Shown here: in pieces, positions 59,289 through 64,000 of the stretch
Numbering within the stretch: the stretch's first letter is position 1
Layout: every line of letters begins with the position of its first letter
Assembly: GCA_965112735.1 (NCBI GenBank)
Contig: OZ218954.1
Location: 1,922,001-1,986,000, forward strand
Source: Phaeosaccion multiseriatum
Taxonomy: Eukaryota > Protista > Ochrophyta, other classes
Direction of reading: 5' to 3'
DNA length: 64,000 nt
Made by a program: the position numbers and the translations under genes
Notes under the pieces: model-generated
Databases searched by the model: none
Told to the model about the DNA's origin: nothing
What the model saw: the letters and a program-made list of their open reading frames with translations, nothing else

Positions 59289-60618
59289 ACTGCACTGCAT
59301 ACCTGCATGGAGCGGACGCCTCTGGAGAGAAGAATGGACGACGCCGACGGGTGGAATAGGACTCCTCGCTGCGCCGAGCCGCTGCATTGCGATGTGGGCA
59401 GGACGGCCCGGGTACACACGGTTACACACGGTTACACACGGTTACACACGGTTACACACGGTTACACACGGTTACACACGGTTACACACGGTAACGCACG
59501 ACGCGTTGAAACTTACCCCACGCTCAGAGCAGAGAGGAGAAGATGGGGATGGGGATCGCAGGTGCAACGCAAGAGAAGAGGGGCATATAGTAAAGGGGAG
59601 AGGTCTGTGAGGTGTGTGCAGACAGACCCTTCACCCACACCCTCCGTACTCTCGCTGACTCACCTGCCCGAGCGATAGAGCCCCACATTTTCCATCACAT
59701 CTGTAGATTACATGTCCCCCATGGAGAGTACAGCCAGTAGAGCAGTGGAGAGGGGATAGGAAAGGTGATAGGAAAGGTGAACAGCGAATAACAAACTCTC
59801 GTCGCTCATCAGGGAGCGGCCAGCAGCGGCACCAACACAAAAGTCCTCCAAGCGTCGATCCCTACCGCACCTACTGACAGAGGAGCATCGGTGGGCAGAT
59901 CCCAAAGCTTGACGCTTCCATCCGAAGAGGCTGTGGCGAGCTGGCCGGGCACGAAGGGGTTCCACGCCAGACCCGTCACCTCGCCGCCCACGCGGACCAC
60001 TGGCCGGCGACCTACAAGAGGACCGACGACAAGGACCCAGAGGGCAGAGAGGACAGAGAAGAGAGCCCGTGAGTCACTCCTCATATCATACATGCAGAGA
60101 CGATAGGAAGGGAGGGAGAGGGATGCTTGTCCTCCTCTCTCCTTTTCCTCCTCCCTCCTCCTCCTCCTCCTCCTCCTCCTCCTCCTCATCCTCCTCCTCC
60201 TCCTCCTCCTCCTCCTCCTAGTCCCCCTCCTCCTCCTCTCCTCCCCCTCCATTTCGAGGGAGAAAACTAGGCAGCAGAGACACTTCTTCTTACCTTTGCC
60301 CGCTCGGCCGAGTGCATTGACAGGCACTACTCCAACACCACTCCCTCCTGCGGCTGACTCCACGTAGGCCAGCACTCCGTCCAGCCCGGCAGCTATGAGA
60401 TTCGTGTCCGAGGCAACCGCCTCGCGAGGGTCCAGCTCCGAGTAGTACGCGTCGGGGCTGCTGGGGGCTGAGGGAACAGAGGGTGACAATGGTTTGGGAC
60501 ATTAAAAATGCATTTCTCCCTCCACGATTTTCCTTTCCACCTCTCCTCGCTCACCTGTGAGGAGGATGTGCCTAAAGAGGCTTTGCCTAACAACTCCCTT
60601 GCTCTTAAAGGACGCCAT
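52541..60618 (-). CDS. Tandem (two-propeller) coronin, coronin-7/POD-1 type; ~14 exons
   Basis: First half starts MASFKSKGVVRQSLFRH and includes WNPF...LATASSDGSVKLWD, LRLFDPR, GTGDSSIRVHE, CEVARLFKL and VPRRDKRGFHADLYP. Second half starts RSRFKHVYG and includes GHRGPV..FSPFD...ATGSEDHTIK, FHPTA, LATSCRDG.IR, GRGD.SLKVFE, ELARLLRL and FFQDDVY. C-terminal acidic DSDEEWSD*. Confidence 0.9.
58171..58402. repeat. 13-bp minisatellite (gcayagcgatrag)n in a coronin intron
   Basis: Alternating gcatagcgataag and gcacagcgataag units. Confidence 0.95.
59412..59493. repeat. 10-bp tandem (ggttacacac)n, intronic
   Basis: Direct inspection. Confidence 0.9.
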
Positions 60619-60784
60619 GGCGTTGGCGTACTCCACTGGAGAGAAGGGAATAAAGATGGGAAAAAATACTCGAATAAGTCAACAATCCGAATCGAATTTG
60701 ATCTCCCCCGTCGTTACGATACATATCACGCCTTTTTAGAAGCGGAGATCCCCGAGCTGGAGGCTACGCTGCTGCTGGTCCTTT
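60619..60784. promoter_or_regulatory. Putative bidirectional promoter (coronin / fucosyltransferase)
   Basis: 166 bp lie between the two divergent ATGs. Confidence 0.5.
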
Positions 60785-63700
60785 ATGAAGCCTCTAAAGA
60801 GCATTGTCGTGGTGCTGCTGGCACTCTCAGCAGCAGCTACGGCGGCCGAAGAACTCGCAAGGGATGGAGGGTTCCGAGGCGATGTTGTTGGTGCTGGTGC
60901 TGCTGGTGCTGATGCTGGTGCTGGTGGTGCTGCTGTTACTGCTGAGGGCGATGGTGATGCTGGTGGTGGTGGCGGTGCAGCAAGTGCTAGAGGGAGGCAG
61001 GCTCGCGAAGGCGTCAACCCCCCCACAATGGCAACGCTCGACTGCCGTTCGGTGGAGAAGGGGGAGGGGCGGGACAAGATCCTGAACATTGCTTATTGGC
61101 AGGACAACGTGGGCGATTTTGAGGCCGTCAAGGATAACCCCATTGCCAAGCTGGGCCCTCCCAAGAAATTTGTCACTTTCGCTCCCGATCGGGCGGGATG
61201 GAATAACTGCAGGTTCGTGACAGCCTTCATGCACTCATGGATGCCTTCCTTTGTGTTTGTAACGCCCTGGCCGTAATTCCATCGTTCCTTTACTGCGCTG
61301 TTCCTACTGGCAGGATGACGCTGGAAACCGTGTTTTTCTTCGCCCTTCACACGGGTCGGACGGTGGTTATGCCGCCTTCACTGACTATGGACCACTTCAA
61401 GAGCGGCAGGTTTCAGCTCTTCTACCCCACGGAAGAGCTTGAGCGAAGGGTACGGATCATCACCGTAGAAGAGTGAGTGCTGCTGGCAACGTCTGATGTT
61501 GACGAAGAACGATGAGCAAGCCAGCCATCCACCTCCCTTCCCTCTGTGATTGGTTGGTCACAAGTTCAACCCGGGTCGAGTGAAGGAGAGCCGTCATGGT
61601 GGCACTGACTCTATTCGCTGCACCGAATGAAAGCATACGTATAGCGCCTGAACGCACCTTCTCCGGGGCTGCGCAGAGAGAGAGAGAAAGAGAAAGGGGG
61701 AGAGAGCTTCTCTCGCCTCCTCTCCTGTCTCCCCCAGCCCAAACTTTTTGTCCCCCGTGGCTTACGCCTTCTCGCTGTTTCTGTTTCCTGCACTGTCAAC
61801 GAACGCAGGTATGTGAAAGAGATCCTCCACTTCCCAGAGCTGAAGCAGCTCCCGAAGGATCGCCTGTCAAAGCTGAGCATGGTAAGTGCAACGCCTCGTG
61901 CCACGCGTACTTTTTTAGTGCTGCCATGCCATGACTCTCAAGAGCAAGCAAGCAACAGACGCTTAACGCTTCACTTTGGACTCTTGCCGCCCTCCTCCTC
62001 TGTGCATTGGGACGTGCCCTTAGAATCTAAGCTCTGGGAAGGTCCATGTGCAGGGCTTCCTCCAGCAAGTGGCCGCTCTAAATCCCACAGGGTGAGTCAG
62101 CAGAGAGTATGAGGGGAGGGCAGTTCAAGCAGTCAGCGAGGGAGGGAAAAGAGGCGACCACGAGTGGACTTCACACAAAGAGAGACAGTGAGAGGGCGAC
62201 TCTCTCCCATGTTGCAAGTGTGGTGTGGTATTTTCCCTTCCTCTGACCTTTCCTTTCCTCCTCATCTCTCGTCTGGCTGGCCTACAGCATGGGTGTCCCC
62301 GGTATCAAGCCCAGCAAGAACGGGCTACTCATGCCCAAGGATTCAGGTGTGACCCACTCCGACGACGACCTACAGGACCCTTCCCTCGTGGACCCTTGGT
62401 AAGAGAGGGGACGGGCGGGTATCGGGTACACCGGGAGCGAATGCTTGTTGTTGCGCGAAGAAGCTGCGAGGGCCTGCTTGTGGGAGAGTCCTTGCTTGTG
62501 TGTGGCATGTGGCATCGTATTGTGTTTCAGGAGGAGGCCGCTGGAGTGGGAGAGAGGCCCTTGGACGATAAGACGCCCGGGCTGGTACTGAAACTGAAAC
62601 TGAAACTGAAACCGGAACCGAAACTGCCACTTTCTTATTCTCTTGTACTCACCAACAGGGTGCCGTCCTGGATGCACAAACGTGAGCCGCGGCACTACGA
62701 CACATCGATGCAGCAGGCTGCCGCGATACACTTCCCCAACTCTGACCAAAGCGTGCGGCTGCTCACGCACTACTACACGTTTGTGGCCAACACAGACAGA
62801 AAGAGGAACAACCTCATGCTCCGGACGATGCGGGACACTCTGCATTATGATGATAAGCTCTTCTGCAAAGCCAGCCAGGTATATGGGCAAGGGAGGGGGA
62901 GCAGGGAGGGAGGGAGGGAGGGAGGGGGCCGGCCCAAGCCACTTTCAGTTTCAGTTCCACAGCCTTGTGAAGGAGTCGGCGAGGCAGGCGGGGAAGAGAG
63001 GGGCTCTGGTGTCCACTGCTTTGGGTCTGCTGTGGGAAACTGTTGGGCAGTGACCATTCATTATCTCGTCGTCCTCCTGTGCTTCTGCTGCTGTTGCTGC
63101 TTTGGTAGATCATATCGCTGCTGAAGGAGGATGCTGCGGATGGAAGCTTCAGCACATTCCACGTGCGAAGAGGGGATTTTCTGAAGGCAATGAAGATGGC
63201 CGTCAAGTCGGGGGAGAAGTTTTTCTCAATGTCCAAAAAGTACCTCAATGTGAGTGAGAGAAAGTCCCCACTCTGTCTGCGCGCTCTCTCTCTCTTTCTC
63301 TTTGACACCGACCGTCGGAAGGAGCCAAAAAGAGGGGTCCAGCAAGAGAGCCGACGAGGGAGGGTGGGGGGGGGGGGGCACAGAAAGGCGATGGCGCTGG
63401 TAGGCGACGCTGCCGCCTTCCAGTGCCATCTCCCAAGGGCGAGAGGACGTGGGTGGCTCACCAAGGGGTGGGCGGGTGTCAGGACAAGGGGTGGGTGGAT
63501 GTCAGGACAGGGCGGGGGGCTGAACAGCTCGTGTTTGCCCTTTGACCCCCGTCTCGGCTTCTCCGTGCTTCTCCCCCGCCCTCCCCGCCCCCTTCCCCTA
63601 CTGCCTTCCCCTGCCTTCTCCTATGGAGCCATGGGTGTGAAACCGGGCGTTGTCTCTTGGTACATGCATGCATTTTCTCAACACCCACCCCATCCATCTA

Positions 63701-64000
63701 CCAACCAACCAACCAATCAACCAACCAGACAACCCACGAACCAACCAACAAACCAACCAACCAATCAACCAACCAGACAACCAACCAACCAACCAACCAA
63801 TCAACCAACCACCCAATCAACCAACCAGACAACCAACCACTCAACCAGACAACCAACCACTCAACCAGAAAACAAGACAACCAACCAACCAATCAACCAA
63901 CCAACCATCCAACCAACCAACCCACCCACCCACCCACCTACCGACCCCTGCAGGAGGGCGAGTTGATCTACATTGCCACCGATGAGAAGAACTCCTCGTA
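60785..64000 (+). CDS. GDP-fucose protein O-fucosyltransferase-family (GT65/68-like) protein; 3' end beyond the window
   Basis: N-terminal signal/anchor [17 protein letters not shown]. Motifs [16 protein letters not shown]|[23 protein letters not shown]...[26 protein letters not shown] and ELIYIATDE. Confidence 0.8.
63700..63935. repeat. (CCAA)n degenerate microsatellite, intronic
   Basis: Direct inspection. Confidence 0.9.

Noticed and set aside
1-64000. tRNA, rRNA, transposase, reverse-transcriptase or selenoprotein genes
   Set aside because: I recognised no cloverleaf, rRNA, DDE, RT or in-frame-UGA signatures by eye. tRNAscan, Infernal and RepeatModeler would be needed to exclude them formally.

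Overview
Eukaryotic, GC-rich, intron-rich nuclear DNA. It is most likely a photosynthetic stramenopile (ochrophyte alga), inferred from two proteins with bipartite signal-peptide plus ASAFAP-type plastid targeting. I reconstructed 12 protein-coding genes by hand from motifs and splice sites: a USP9X/24/34-class deubiquitinase (5' end outside the window), plastid-type Asn-tRNA synthetase, an intronless DnaJ+zf-PARP+BRCT protein, a coiled-coil unknown, a pepsin-type aspartic protease, a Ulp1/SENP SUMO protease, a plastid-type tRNase Z, glyoxalase II, diacylglycerol kinase, a Ppn1/ASM-like metallophosphoesterase, a coronin-7-type tandem coronin, and an O-fucosyltransferase-family gene (3' end outside the window). 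Introns are full of micro- and minisatellites, so most ORFs in the six-frame track are repeat artefacts. The most interesting signals are: (1) the J-domain/zf-PARP/BRCT/NLS/SIM protein, a possible DNA-break-sensing Hsp70 co-chaperone; (2) two long near-perfect foldbacks with 69-bp and 53-bp arms just 3' of genes, which resemble pre-miRNA/hpRNA loci; (3) a 666-bp segment bounded by 20-bp direct repeats that contains one of those hairpins; (4) a dispersed 23-nt motif found in both introns and coding exons; (5) two GC-AG introns in the AsnRS gene. All exon boundaries are manual predictions and no database searches were run.
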